Origin: Sporopachydermia quercuum
Lineage: Eukaryota
NCBI GenBank assembly: GCA_001599295.1
Contig: BCGN01000011.1
Location: forward strand, 1-64,000
Length of the DNA stretch: 64,000 nucleotides
Direction of reading: 5' to 3'
The number at the start of each line of letters is the position of its first letter. The first letter of the stretch is position 1. Made by a program: the position numbers and the translations under genes. Positions 45,626-55,494 of this stretch are shown here, piece by piece. Under the pieces are notes generated by a model. The model was given only the letters and a program-made list of their open reading frames with translations, did not search any database and was not told the origin of the DNA.

Positions 45626-47668
45626 CTAATAATTACCAGTTCCACGTACATCCCAGGACTTGAAAACATCAATAAATATATCCTTATTAACAACACCAAA
45701 CTGTTTCAAATACTCTGAAGGATCTTCGCCGTCTCTTACTGCTATAACCTCCTTATTATGAGCTTCTACCAGCGGCCTGTAATCATTCCATAAATTCCAA
45801 AGGAAAGTATTGTTGCATGCCCCACCTATTAGTTCCAGTTGACCGGAAGTCTGATTCCAAATATCATAATTCTCTCTATACCATTTCATTCTTTCAGGTT
45901 CACATTCATTATCTTGAATCCACATTTGAATATCAGGATAATAGGTATTAGTTTTGATTCTAAATCTCTCAAACACTCCCTTACCATATTTATTCTCCAA
46001 TATTCTATCAATATTCTTGAAAATATACGTATGAGTTCCTTCAAAAAGCGTTTTCCTCATTGGGAACATTTCTTCAGCTAACATCCAATTATCCCAATTA
46101 TCATTGATTGTAACTTTTTTTCTTCTCTCCTCCTCATCAGTAATACCTGACTTTTCAAAAAGCCAGTCAGGAGGATTATCTTTAATACTCAACGATGAAA
46201 TATCAATGAAAATACCAGTTCTAATATCCACTAATCTTGCATCCATTCTATCCCATGTCCTTGGGGAGTAAATATACCTTGGATTAACGGTCAAATAGAA
46301 AACTCCATCACCAAACTCAGGGTTTTCAATTATCAATGTTCTATTGAACTCTTTGCCTAGCCTATGCATATCTTGAATTGGCATTTGAGCATCAATATCT
46401 TCATCAAATCTATGATTACAGCCATTTAATTTCCAGCCAATGATATTACCACCCCATATCCAAAATCTAAGATCGTTGCTGTAAGCAAACTGTGAGAAAG
46501 CTCTGATCAAATGATGAACAACCCTGTGATTGGTATTACTTGAGGTCAAGTCTTTATACCAAGGATACATCATATGCAACGCATGTTCTATGGAATCATA
46601 CTCAATATGTGTATCAGGAAAGAAATAAAATCCATAATCAGCAGTTTTCTCAACAAAATCTTGCAAGTGAATACCATACAATTGAGATTCTTCATCATTT
46701 GATCTTAATAACTTTTGAAGCTCAACTTCCTTATCCCAAACGAATCTTCCTGGTTCAAAAGCAAAACTATCAGGGATCAAATTATCCCATTCTATTGTTG
46801 GTTTGTTCAGTGAGGATGCCACTTGATCTAATTCTTCTAACTCACTATGACTGTTCAGGTCAATCAAACCTGCTTTTTTAAGTTTCCTAGACGTTCTATT
46901 GCCATCATGATACATATTCCATAATTCATCTTCAGTATAAACGGTAGGTTCAGGATCAACACTAACCATATATGATCTTTCTTTCGATAAGATGAAAATT
47001 CTCTCGGGGTTCTCCACGTATCTTCTAATGGCAATTCTACCTCTCAAGTTCTGCAACTGGGATGCAACAGTATCACGTGTGCCATAAAAAGTGCTTCTCA
47101 GCTTTGGCTGGTTCAAAGAAGGCAGATCATTGTTTTCATTGATCAATGCATAATTAATCATTTCGTTATATACATTAGCCTCACCAAGGTCTAACCAGTT
47201 TTGCCAATCAAATTTAACTGTCAGATCAGTCGGATCATATTCTTCTGCATCATTTGAGTTGGCATAGTCATTTCTGCCTTGTACCACTGTCAGTTTCTGT
47301 TTGTATACATTCGTTAATTGTCTAACAATAACTGCCGAAGGTAACCTCGGATCGTTCTTTTTCAATAAGTTGTATCCATTTACATCATTATAATCAGCAA
47401 AAGCTGGTGAGAAGTCCAACAATGTATCTCGTGAGAAGAACCTTACATCGTCTACGGTTTCTCTGAAAAGAGATATTTCTGGCAGTCTCTCGACATAGTG
47501 TATTAGTTTCGATGAAGTATCTGTTTGTAACCATAAAATGAATTTGAATACCAGCAGGTAAGCAGTTATGGACACCAATGACTTCCAATGANATTTTATC
47601 AATAGGGGAATTTTTGAACGCAAATCGGGCGTTCTAAATTCTTGTGTTATAGTATGCAGAGCGATCAT
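45626..47668 (-). CDS. LicD/fukutin-family type II Golgi protein, Mnn4/Mnn14-like (mannosyl-phosphorylation)
   Basis: N-terminal TM, 'FDWQNWLDL', and LicD core 'HHLIRAFSQF...FWIWGGNIIGW..NG...FDEDIDAQMP' plus 'MDARLVDIRTGIFIDISSL'. One ambiguous base at 47592. Confidence 0.88.
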   Translation of the reverse strand: MIALHTITQEFRTPDLRSKIPLLIKXHWKSLVSITAYLLVFKFILWLQTDTSSKLIHYVERLPEISLFRETVDDVRFFSRDTLLDFSPAFADYNDVNGYNLLKKNDPRLPSAVIVRQLTNVYKQKLTVVQGRNDYANSNDAEEYDPTDLTVKFDWQNWLDLGEANVYNEMINYALINENNDLPSLNQPKLRSTFYGTRDTVASQLQNLRGRIAIRRYVENPERIFILSKERSYMVSVDPEPTVYTEDELWNMYHDGNRTSRKLKKAGLIDLNSHSELEELDQVASSLNKPTIEWDNLIPDSFAFEPGRFVWDKEVELQKLLRSNDEESQLYGIHLQDFVEKTADYGFYFFPDTHIEYDSIEHALHMMYPWYKDLTSSNTNHRVVHHLIRAFSQFAYSNDLRFWIWGGNIIGWKLNGCNHRFDEDIDAQMPIQDMHRLGKEFNRTLIIENPEFGDGVFYLTVNPRYIYSPRTWDRMDARLVDIRTGIFIDISSLSIKDNPPDWLFEKSGITDEEERRKKVTINDNWDNWMLAEEMFPMRKTLFEGTHTYIFKNIDRILENKYGKGVFERFRIKTNTYYPDIQMWIQDNECEPERMKWYRENYDIWNQTSGQLELIGGACNNTFLWNLWNDYRPLVEAHNKEVIAVRDGEDPSEYLKQFGVVNKDIFIDVFKSWDVRGTGNY

Positions 47669-48187
47669 ATTGGAGTGAGTTATTACATGAATAAAGGTAT
47701 CGTTGGATATGTATATATCTTGTCAAGAGAAATATATCCTGCAGAATGTATCGATAAACTGAGAAGTAGGTAACAGAAGAGAAGCAAAGCAAAGATAGAA
47801 AAAATGGAAAAAAAAAATAGAGTATAAGACTTACATCCGTACAGAATCTATGGAACAAACCTTATTCAAAACCTTTTTTTTGAATAAGGTTTGTTTAAAA
47901 GTTTATGCCAATTTAATGTTTGTTATTAGGTCCAAATATGTGCTATTCTTAAGTTAGGGTTTCCGTATATAATTACTTATTTAGTTTTAAGTAAAGATGT
48001 TCGTTTTGAAGCACTCCGTCGATTGACTGTACTATCTTAAGAAAATCTATGAAGTTAATGAATTGTTAAGGAAAGGATTGTTAAAGAAAGGGATTCGAAG
48101 CACTAAGTACTAATTAAATGTTACTATTCAGCTGTATTCACATACATGATGGATGGACTATTCAATCAAACGAGTTAGGAAAGATAC

Positions 48188-50233
48188 CTACTCTCTAACC
48201 AACCGAATTTTCAGCTTAAATATAGGAATAGTAAAATAACTAACCCAACATGCTAATGCAACATTAACGACCTCATGTATTACTATCATTGTTATTAGTA
48301 TTGCAGTTAAGTGAACACCATTTGCATAACCATACGCTAGCTTGCCGTCGTTTCCCACACCACCAGTTGCATTCACAATATTCCACCCATGTAAAATATC
48401 ACGATAGACCAGTAGATCCACTATTAATGTCGTTATAATCACAATTATGAGGAACTTGATCTCATTAACTTTCCTTGCTATGATTTGAAAGTTAACTAGC
48501 TGTATACCTAAATAAATGAGAAATCCATATAAAAAGTCTTTAGGCATGTTCACTAACTCTGTATTGAAGAATAATGTAGTTAAAAATTTGGAAATTGGCA
48601 GTTGCAGGGGATACAATGGAATCAACACTGCTAAAGATGTTATCAGTATTAAATTCACTGTGTTGATTGAAATGGCTGATGATAACTTTGAGTCCTGTCT
48701 AGTATTATACTTGATATCCCTTGGTGTATCCGTAGAAGCGATAGAATCTTCCAATTCCGTATCCAAACTCTCAGTTTTATCACTGGTCCTAACATAGCCA
48801 TTATAACCGTAATGTCCAACTAATTTGATTACCATATATCCTGAAATAATCGATGGTATTATCAGAAATAACATTAGTTCGAGCATCAACAGCATCAGCC
48901 GCGTGAATGATATATTATGTTCAACCGTATCAAATAAGAAAAGAATAAACAATGTAAATACACATATTATAAGCATTGATCCTATCAATATATGAAGAGG
49001 ATTTTGTTTCAAAGCTTTTGCTGAGACGGCTGAAAATATTCCGAACATACTTGATGATAGAAAACTGCATAATCCAATCCAATATGTAAAGCCACTGTTA
49101 TCATTGAATTCATTCAAAAATGAAGATGACAATGCCCAAACAATGAAATAATTTCCAATAATGAATAATATTGAAAAACCCAACAATAAAATTTTCTCGT
49201 AATTGGAGTAGGGGTTGATACCCCAGGAAGATTTATTAATTAATTTATCTTCTTTTTCAAAATTCAGGACAACAAGAAACAAACCAATTGGTGATAGTAT
49301 TGACAACAATCCAATGCACCATTTATCTTTTGCACTATGTCTCGGGAATGATTTTGATAAATCCAATTTCGAGGCACCAATTAAATTACTTCGCTCATCA
49401 TTGATTGCAAGGTAGTCGGCTCCAAAATACATTTTGACCGTTGTGTCTTTGCTTTCGGATAAGTAAACTTGGCCTAAAGAGCTTTTGCCTTTAGGTAATA
49501 TACGAGTGGTTTTCGAACTGAGAGCATTGGCATTAATTTGAGTAATTTTAAATTTTCGAGGATGTTCTTGCGTGAATTGGGCTTCATACAAAACGTAGAT
49601 CTGAATATAGTTGTTGAATACTACTCTATTGAATTCATCAACTGATCCCAAGGGTATACCTTGTGTCACTATGAAATCCTGATTCTCAGTTTTCGTTGCA
49701 GTTGCCCATGTGGCTGCATAGTTAATTGGGAGCCCGTCAGCGTAGAAATAATAGCCATATCCTTTCCTAATCAATTCATTGATAAATTTTCCTTCTTCTG
49801 GAGAGAACGTTAAATCAAAACCTTCTTCATCAATGCCGTTGTGGAACATCTTCATAAGATAAGGTGTCATGACGAGCTTATTATTACTTAGAAACAATGA
49901 ATAGTAATCCTTCTCATACACTTTCGTTAAGTTCGGATATATATCAGAGATTCTATTTGCCGGCAAATGCAACTTTTCGTCATAGTAGTCGAATGTCTTC
50001 AAAGAAAGATCTTTACCGGTAGCGACTCCTCTTGGTTTAATTCTATCAGCGTAGATTGGTATTACATTTAGTTCGTCGTATATCATAGGCCATTTCTCCT
50101 TATGATAAAAATTTAGATTTAAGAAAAAGTGCTTTTCAACTACTGATGTGAATGAGAATGCTAGCAGGAGAATCAATATAGGAAGCACTACAAGGAATAG
50201 CTTCAACTTAGTCCGCAGTAGTTGTTGAAACAT
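48188..50233 (-). CDS. Divergent nonaspanin (TM9SF/EMP70-like) endomembrane protein
   Basis: Lumenal domain with EMP70-like 'FDYYDEKLHLP', 'LIRKGYGYYFYADGLP', 'QGIPLG' and 'FNNYIQIYVLYE', followed by about nine hydrophobic segments. Confidence 0.7.
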   Translation of the reverse strand: MFQQLLRTKLKLFLVVLPILILLLAFSFTSVVEKHFFLNLNFYHKEKWPMIYDELNVIPIYADRIKPRGVATGKDLSLKTFDYYDEKLHLPANRISDIYPNLTKVYEKDYYSLFLSNNKLVMTPYLMKMFHNGIDEEGFDLTFSPEEGKFINELIRKGYGYYFYADGLPINYAATWATATKTENQDFIVTQGIPLGSVDEFNRVVFNNYIQIYVLYEAQFTQEHPRKFKITQINANALSSKTTRILPKGKSSLGQVYLSESKDTTVKMYFGADYLAINDERSNLIGASKLDLSKSFPRHSAKDKWCIGLLSILSPIGLFLVVLNFEKEDKLINKSSWGINPYSNYEKILLLGFSILFIIGNYFIVWALSSSFLNEFNDNSGFTYWIGLCSFLSSSMFGIFSAVSAKALKQNPLHILIGSMLIICVFTLFILFLFDTVEHNISFTRLMLLMLELMLFLIIPSIISGYMVIKLVGHYGYNGYVRTSDKTESLDTELEDSIASTDTPRDIKYNTRQDSKLSSAISINTVNLILITSLAVLIPLYPLQLPISKFLTTLFFNTELVNMPKDFLYGFLIYLGIQLVNFQIIARKVNEIKFLIIVIITTLIVDLLVYRDILHGWNIVNATGGVGNDGKLAYGYANGVHLTAILITMIVIHEVVNVALACWVSYFTIPIFKLKIRLVRE

Positions 50234-52480
50234 GATTCAAGATGGCGCTTGCTACGATATTAGATTTTAATGTTCAAGCTGTGCCAATTTGTAAATCCAA
50301 CATATATGGATGGAATCATCTCAATGATTTTTCATAGATTTTTCTAGGAGCGTATTCTTATATTTGTTTTAAAAAGTCATGAAAAAAATTTGATTATTCG
50401 TAGATTGGAAAGAAACAGGAAAAGAACAGAAAACGCTTAGAATCATTATACATAACAATAAAAAAAAGTTAAGTACATATATAAAGTTATAGAAATAATA
50501 TTACAAATTATTACACACCCCCCTAAGAATCCTTTCGCTGAAACATTATAAAGTTAATGCATACAAATTTCTTAGTTATACTTACTATTTACTTGGCTTC
50601 TTAGAACTGATACAAAGATAATAGAAATAAACGAATGAAACAATAAATTAACAGCAGCTAGATAGATTTGAAGAAGATAGATAAGGGAAGTAAAAAAGGA
50701 ACTGTTTAGTATAGTGATAACAGTTCTGTTCCTGATTGATTAGACTTTCGAGATAAGTAAGGTTCGAAGTACAATTTCCTCTCCAGGAGATAAATACAAA
50801 ATTGGAATAACAAATCAGGAACCATTTTTAAGCTTACAGCAAATGAAACAGGTAAAGAATATACGGAAACAACAGTTTTTCTTTATTCAACACTCAGTCA
50901 AAAGACACCTGGAGTATATGCTGGTTTTGGTGCTTAGTTTGTTTAACATGTTCACAATAATACAAAATCTTAGTCGCATGAGCACTTTCCTGTTTAAATT
51001 GACTGTTTCTAATTAACTCCCAGCAATTTCATCAAAATAGTCTCTGTATCAAAGTAAACCAATCAGTTCAGTGAACCCCGGCTTCTTGAGCATTAGTTAG
51101 CTAGAGAAATACAGTTAGAATGACTACTTGGTTCATCATACATACTTACAGATTATAAGAAATTTATTAGAGTGAAGGTTATATTTCAGTTTGAAGAATT
51201 CAATACTTGACTAACACTTGACCAACACTTGACCAACACCTACATCTGATGCACAATCAAAACTTGGAGATCTACAAGCTCTCTAGAGGATCATGTTGAG
51301 CTGTGTTCCAATCATCTTGACCGTGTAGTAATATTGGAATTTGTACCATTTTAAATGGAGCTTTATGTGCTGAATCTTAATCAATTCTTTATTAGGAGTT
51401 TACGTTTAAGTTGATGCATCTTGCAGGTAGTTAATTCTGACACTATGATTTATTAGGATAGCGTGATCAGTTATTTCAGCTAATCAAGCAAAGCTGAGAT
51501 TGAATCAGGATGCAAACTTTTCAAAGTTATAAATCTTACTTATTAGAGTAAGATCGTTAAATGTAGATCAAAGTTATATTTGATGTCTGTTCAAAGAACG
51601 GAATCACAAAAAGCGGAATGTTATTAGGGAATGAAAGTAACTTTGCAAGAGAATTTGAAGCGAGCCGCTCTTTTTTTATTTTATTTTATATATGACAACT
51701 ATAATAGATAATTGTAAGGAGAAATAATGTTTTATGATACTTTTATGCATAATTACACATTATCATCTTGTGAAATAGGTCAAGGTCTCCTCATCGCTAC
51801 CGAACTATGGCTACGAAGAATCAAGAAGAGAAACTTAATGAAAGAATAAAGCAGTACTAAGAAAAAGAAGATGCAGCAGCAGAAAGTTTAATTAATCGTA
51901 GAGTTAGTAATAAATTAACTGTTTAATAGACAACGAAACTTCTCGACGAGCTTAAGAAAGCCAAATTAAGGAAAAGAAATCAAGACAACCGACTTGGAAG
52001 AAACGTTAGTAATAGATTGCAACCCCTAATCGCTAAGAAAATAGATATCGATATATACTACAGAATGTTAATAAATATGTAGTTTACATTTATCCCACAA
52101 TCCTCTTGTATGACAAAAACATATCTCAGATTACGTAATCGATGATCATACTTCAAACGATTACGTAATCAAATAGACCTTCTTAGTTATGAATGAGTGA
52201 ATCATGTTGATGTTGATGAATGATTTCGAACAAACTAAGTATTTTCAGCACACATTCGCGTCTTGCAGCTGTATACAATATGCTTGAAGCTTCTGATGCA
52301 TTCATTTTCATTGACGGTTTATGGAGAAATTACTAGTGTAATCCCCTCATTGACGCATATGATATTTCTATGTAGTATCTCATTTTTGACATGACTACAG
52401 TGCATCTCTACTTCTTAAATCCTATATTTCATCTAGATATTTATTAATACTGTAATTCGTCAGTTGCTTGATCAACAAAC

Positions 52481-53611
52481 TTATTTCTTAACACCAATAT
52501 TAGAGTATAAGAAAACTCCAATAAACACTAAAACAGATCCAATGATAATACCAGAAGAAATAGGGTTTCCAAAGAAGTAGATACTTAATAACAAGGAAAC
52601 AAATTTACGAACGTTCAAAACAATCATTAATGTCAAAGCTGAGGTATTACCAGCTAAGTTATTGACACCTCTAACACAAGCATATTGGGTGAAAGCGTTC
52701 AATACCAAATTGAAGAAACTTTTTGAGAAACTGAGTAAAGGAGCTCCCAGGAAATTGACAGTAACTGTTGGTTCATCAAACCAGACTTCCCAAAATTCAC
52801 CCCAGATAGCTGGTGCAATGATCAAGAACATAGGTAGAGATAGAAAATGCATGAAAAACAAGTTTTCTCTCCAATGCTTGCCGTAGATTCTATAGGTTTG
52901 TTCAACATACAAAGCCATAATAGAAGTCAATACTGCGCTGACGAACAAGATGCCAACACCCAGGAAATAGAGAAAATCATCACTGAAGGTACCAGAATTA
53001 GCAGAAGGATCTACAGCAGGTACATCTCCATTTGCAGCAGCAGCAGCCTTAGCGGCAGCTTCTGCCTTGTTGGATGCTAATGTGGCCATAGTGACACCAA
53101 CAGTAAGTAAAAAGGCAGCGAAAACCTGCCTTAACGTAAATTTCTTACCAACGAAGACACCAACAAGCATAGTGGTGACAGCACCAGATGATCTAAAGAT
53201 GATATGTAATGGTACTGAGATGTGGAATGCAAACACACAGTTATTCAAAACAGATGTAATAAAAAATAACGTGACATTAACAATCCATCTCTTGAGAGGT
53301 ACCTTAGGCTTTCTAATGAACATGAATCCATTTCGGTCAAAGAAGTAGATATAACCTTCAGCTGCTACTAAAATAAATTGAACAAAAGTGATGAGGTTCC
53401 CTGCTGAAGGAACTTTTTTAACGATAGCTTCCAAGGTGAAAATTGATGAACAACATCCACCAAAGACCAATGAGAAAACCAAAATCCATTCTCCTAATGA
53501 TGCTTGAAATGCTGCACCAACTGTTCCTGGTGGTACTGGGGAGTCAGATTTCTTGTCTTGATTTGCCAATGTTGACATCTCAATGTCTTTTTCTTCTTCT
53601 CGGCTTGCCAT
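52481..53611 (-). CDS. YEA4: UDP-GlcNAc nucleotide-sugar transporter (Yea4/SLC35B4)
   Basis: 'LVFGGCCS', 'GNLITFVQF', 'ISVPLHIIFRSSG', 'YGKHWRENLFFMHFLSLP', 'TQYACVRGVN', 'LNVRKFVSLLLSI' and a C-terminal KK. Confidence 0.93.
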   Translation of the reverse strand: MASREEEKDIEMSTLANQDKKSDSPVPPGTVGAAFQASLGEWILVFSLVFGGCCSSIFTLEAIVKKVPSAGNLITFVQFILVAAEGYIYFFDRNGFMFIRKPKVPLKRWIVNVTLFFITSVLNNCVFAFHISVPLHIIFRSSGAVTTMLVGVFVGKKFTLRQVFAAFLLTVGVTMATLASNKAEAAAKAAAAANGDVPAVDPSANSGTFSDDFLYFLGVGILFVSAVLTSIMALYVEQTYRIYGKHWRENLFFMHFLSLPMFLIIAPAIWGEFWEVWFDEPTVTVNFLGAPLLSFSKSFFNLVLNAFTQYACVRGVNNLAGNTSALTLMIVLNVRKFVSLLLSIYFFGNPISSGIIIGSVLVFIGVFLYSNIGVKK

Positions 53612-54207
53612 ATTTGATGTATTTTCTTTACAACGGTTCAGTCGTTCAATAAGGTCAATAGCTTCTTGAATTCAATTCCAAGTAGTCCTTCTAATTCTTC
53701 CTCAAGGAGCAAGATTCCAGTTTCCAACCCAATTCAACTAAGTCGCGCCAATTCGTGATTCAACAAAACCATAAACCTGAGAAAACAAAGATCTACAACA
53801 AAGGACAATTTAGTTTTCTCATGAACAGGCTTAATGATGAGATGAAGGTTGCAAGTATCAATTAGTAGAGTGTAATTAATAAAGCAACTATAAAGAAAAA
53901 CACAGACACCAGACACCAGACACGTCCAATTCTCAGATTTCCTTTCCCAGCTACGTGGATCTGCAAAAGGGAAGTGTTGTCCCAATTTGTCGTTAACGGA
54001 CAAAGCCAAATTAATGGAATGGACAATCCTGATAAGATGCAAAATTGGTACTGTGTTATTATTATTAAGATGAGGCTAATAATATGAGTGATAGTAGTTT
54101 TTTTCCTTTTTTCTTTTGGTAATGTGGCAATTGGAGATGGGATATAGATAAAGGTAATACTGCTTGATAAAAGATGAGATGATAAAGCATTTTTTTATAA
54201 AGATTAT

Positions 54208-54254
54208 AGAGACAAAACAAGAGACAAACAAGAGACAAAACAAGAGACAAAACA
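54208..54254 (+). repeat. Minisatellite AGAGACAAAACA x4 (one copy 11 nt)
   Basis: Directly visible in the YEA4/DCAF11 divergent intergenic region. Confidence 0.9.
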
Positions 54255-55494
54255 GGTATTATTTTGAGCGGTGAGAGATTTTACAAGGTTTGCGTTACAA
54301 AAAATATTCTGCCTTAGAAACTGAGTGAGATAAAGAAAGCATTGAGGGTGAATAGATCCATAAATATTGACTTAGATACCAAATACTACTTTGGAGGGCT
54401 ATTATAAAATTGAAACTCAATTAACATATTATATATGGAAATATCATATATCGGTATATCAACTAGTATCTAGCGGTATCTAAGGAAACTATACTTATAA
54501 GAGGAGCAAATGATGTGCAAAACAAAAGATATATAACCCCGTAGAGAACAGCTTGAAACAGTGCTTACCTAAGCCATTAAAATAAGCGAGACCAATAAAC
54601 CACCAAAACACTGACAACAAACAGTGGGTCTCAAGTTCTTGTCAAAATGATACATATTCTATGAACCAATCCATAGATAGTCGATACCCAATGACACTCT
54701 GGATGGTTTAACTGTCTTGTACTTTTCACTTCGTTTACTTCTCCCTCTTCCACTCCCTAACAAATCTTCTGTAACCATTACAACTGATAACGGGCGGTGT
54801 ACTGTAACTAAAATCCATCATGTGCTTCATCTTAATGCGCATATACTTACTTGTAGGACAGAACCGGACAGTTCTGAGTACTACATTGACACATCCAATT
54901 GGGATCACCATTTTTTGTCTAAATGGGTGAATGTTCTCATAGATGTGTTATTATATCGTTCTTCATAATTGTAATGATAAGCCAACGAATGAAAAAGGCA
55001 TTGAGCATTTTTTATTCATGCCAAAAAATAAAGCAAATAGAATATAAGATTTTTTTGCTAAGTAGAACTAACAAACTAACTCTTTACTTTGGTGAATCAT
55101 TGGAATGCCTTGTAATGAGACACTTCTTAATTGCACGTGAATATATGGGGAATAAATTATAACATAATCAATAAACCAGCATGAAGTCAAAAATCATTTA
55201 ATAAGGAAGGATTGTCGATAGATAGCAGCATTACTGATAAGCGGAATATACAACTCTTAACATTAATACTTCATGTTTTCACGAAGGAGCTTTTTTGACT
55301 TAACTTTTTGTCTGGTCATTGGGATACTTTGGTCAAGCTTCTACTGCAGGGATCCTTTGACCATTGATTATATTTCTAGGCGATTCTAGTTGATTGGTTT
55401 AATTCAGAGGGAAGGTAAACTTGTGAAGAAAATAGAAAAAGCCTATGCTTGGAAAGAATTCATATCTACCGGTTGAGTAACTTTGATATGAAAT

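Noticed and set aside
2156..47592. Scattered single 'n' bases, including three in CDSs (36168, 36760, 47592)
   Set aside because: The reading frames are preserved. These are most likely ambiguous or heterozygous base calls, not frameshifts or pseudogenisation.
47759..47835. Possible 5'UTR intron of the LicD gene (GTAAGT...CAG on the minus strand)
   Set aside because: It has a donor, a pyrimidine tract and an acceptor but no CTAAC branch point, so I cannot support it.
52214..52305. TGATGA...CTGA candidate C/D snoRNA
   Set aside because: The flanking stem overlaps the C box, and the putative guide matches the 25S 5' region only partially.
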